DNA from: Planctomycetota bacterium
GTDB lineage: Bacteria; Planctomycetota; PLA2; JAEUHO01
Length of the DNA stretch: 64,000 nucleotides
Direction of reading: 5' to 3'
Assembly: GCA_050248855.1 (NCBI GenBank)
Contig: JBFWRP010000012.1
Location: forward strand, 1 to 64,000
Shown here: in pieces, positions 62,760-64,000 of the stretch
Layout: every line of letters starts with the position of its first letter
How positions within the stretch are numbered: position 1 is the first letter of the stretch
The notes under the pieces: generated by a model
What the model saw: the letters and a program-made list of their open reading frames with translations, nothing else
Databases searched by the model: none
What the model was told of the DNA's origin: nothing
Translations under genes and position numbers: made by a program

Positions 62760-63356
62760 TCAGTCCCGCAGGACCTCCTCGATCGCGAACTCATAACGTC
62801 CGAAGCGCTTCGTCACGCCCTGCAGCGCGGGCGGCTCGGCTAGCCGCACGAGGCGCAGGCCCCGGTAGGTCGCGGCGACCATGGCGGCCGGGGCAGGGGG
62901 CACGGCGAAGGTGACCGTACGCGCGTCCGTGTCCACGCTTGCGATCGCGGCCGCGACGCCATTCACGAACCCGACGACCGAGCCCTGCTTCAGGTACCAG
63001 CGGAAGTCCGGGCTCGCCTCGTAGGTGGGCAGGCTGAAGGTCACGCGGACCCCGTCACCCACGGCGGGGTCCAACGCCACGAGTTCCCGTATGGGATCGC
63101 GCGGGTCCTCGATGAGGAAGGCGTCGCGGGTGATCCCGTGCGCCTGCATGAACGCCTCCCACGCCACACGCTGCGGCTCCGTGAGGCCCGCCGGCCAGCG
63201 GTAGCGTCGCCGCGTGCAGGCGAACAACTCGACGCGAGCGGCCTGGCCGGGAGCGTGGTCCTCGAGCACCTCGACGAAGGGCTCGTCGGTGAACTCGTAG
63301 TCGGCCCACGGCTCGCGGCCGTCGGTCGCCCCGTCGTTGAACACGGCGTACGCCAC
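62760..63356 (-). CDS. Phage distal-tail-like protein (DUF2460-like)
   Basis: F...HG....FLIEDPRD, GDGVRVTF.L and VTFAVPPA motifs; GTG start inferred. Confidence 0.65.
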   Translation of the reverse strand: MAYAVFNDGATDGREPWADYEFTDEPFVEVLEDHAPGQAARVELFACTRRRYRWPAGLTEPQRVAWEAFMQAHGITRDAFLIEDPRDPIRELVALDPAVGDGVRVTFSLPTYEASPDFRWYLKQGSVVGFVNGVAAAIASVDTDARTVTFAVPPAPAAMVAATYRGLRLVRLAEPPALQGVTKRFGRYEFAIEEVLRD

Positions 63357-63360
63357 GGGC

Positions 63361-63846
63361 TCACGCCGCCACGAGCGTGATCGTGCAGGAGGCCTTGAGT
63401 GCGTCGCCGGCGGTCTTGTTGATCGCCGGGAAGGTCTTCCGATTGAACATGTTCCCGGCGGCGGGGTCATCGAACAGCCCCACCTCCGTGATCGCCCCCG
63501 TGCCCACGCCCGCGGGGAAGGTGTGGTCGACTGCGCAGACACCCGTGCCGCCTGCCGTGTACGCCACGGCGTCGCGCGCGGCCTCGGTGCCGAGGGCAAT
63601 GTCCACGGGCGTCTCCGGCACGGCACCCGTACCGATGGCCACGTAGCCGAACAGAGGCGCCGTCGTGGCGGGGTTGAACAGGCGGTCCTTCGCCTGGTCG
63701 AGCCCGGTGTTTACGATCAGGTTCTTGAACCGCCGCCGGTCCTTCACGGCGCCGTTGGGGCCGAGGAGCACGAGTTCCCATACGGCCTGAAGGGCAAGAG
63801 GACGCTCGGAGCGGCGGGGCGTAGTCCAGCGGGAGGGAGAGGGCAT
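63361..63846 (-). CDS. Phage tail/baseplate-associated structural protein
   Basis: NLIVNTG, YVAIGTG and ITEVGLFD...GNMF motifs typical of tail-fibre N-terminal-like proteins. Confidence 0.72.
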   Translation of the reverse strand: MPSPSRWTTPRRSERPLALQAVWELVLLGPNGAVKDRRRFKNLIVNTGLDQAKDRLFNPATTAPLFGYVAIGTGAVPETPVDIALGTEAARDAVAYTAGGTGVCAVDHTFPAGVGTGAITEVGLFDDPAAGNMFNRKTFPAINKTAGDALKASCTITLVAA

Positions 63847-63919
63847 CGAAGCCTCCTCTCGCTCGGCCGGCTGGAGACGCGGACGCGCGATGACAGGGTG
63901 AGTGTACGAGACGGATCGG

Positions 63920-64000
63920 TCAGGGGTTGAGCACGAGCGCCCAGGCCTCCTCGATGCCCATGGCTTCGTCCACTTGCTTCGTGACGTCGAGGGCCCACAC
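63920..64000 (-). CDS. 3' end of a phage gene entering from the right edge
   Basis: VWALDVTKQVDEAMGIEEAWALVLNP* is open to the window edge. Confidence 0.45.
   Translation of the reverse strand: MWALDVTKQVDEAMGIEEAWALVLNP

Larger units (their letters stand above)
54860..64000. mobile_element. Prophage end (continues beyond the window)
   Basis: att core, tyrosine integrase, R-M cargo, then tightly packed minus-strand lysis-like and tail-like genes. Confidence 0.82.

Overview
Very GC-rich bacterial DNA; the gene repertoire suggests a Planctomycetota- or Myxococcota-like organism (inference only). Positions 1-44.9 kb are chromosomal backbone. They hold a two-component/PP2C signalling cluster headed by a giant poly-HAMP kinase that runs off the left edge, and many secreted, lipo- and repeat proteins. 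They also hold an HtrA protease with a PDZ partner, an AraC/methyltransferase pair, mgtE, and a TIR-WD40 / SLOG-SLATT / patatin cluster. From ~44.96 kb the window is an integration hotspot at a tRNA-Arg(CCT) 3' half that occurs three times. Two short integrase-less elements share a backbone but carry different cargo: a Cys-rich peptide/MauE cassette in one, a SIR2-like gene plus a membrane protein in the other. They are followed by a prophage end with a tyrosine integrase, a type III R-M system and lysis/tail genes. The most striking signal is four genes split by a single in-frame TGA near a Cys. One is a clear UxxC redoxin with a textbook SECIS. The other three are candidate selenoproteins: a membrane-anchored secreted protein, a WD40 protein and a MauE/DoxX protein. 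No database searches were run; product calls rest on motif recognition and start codons are best guesses.
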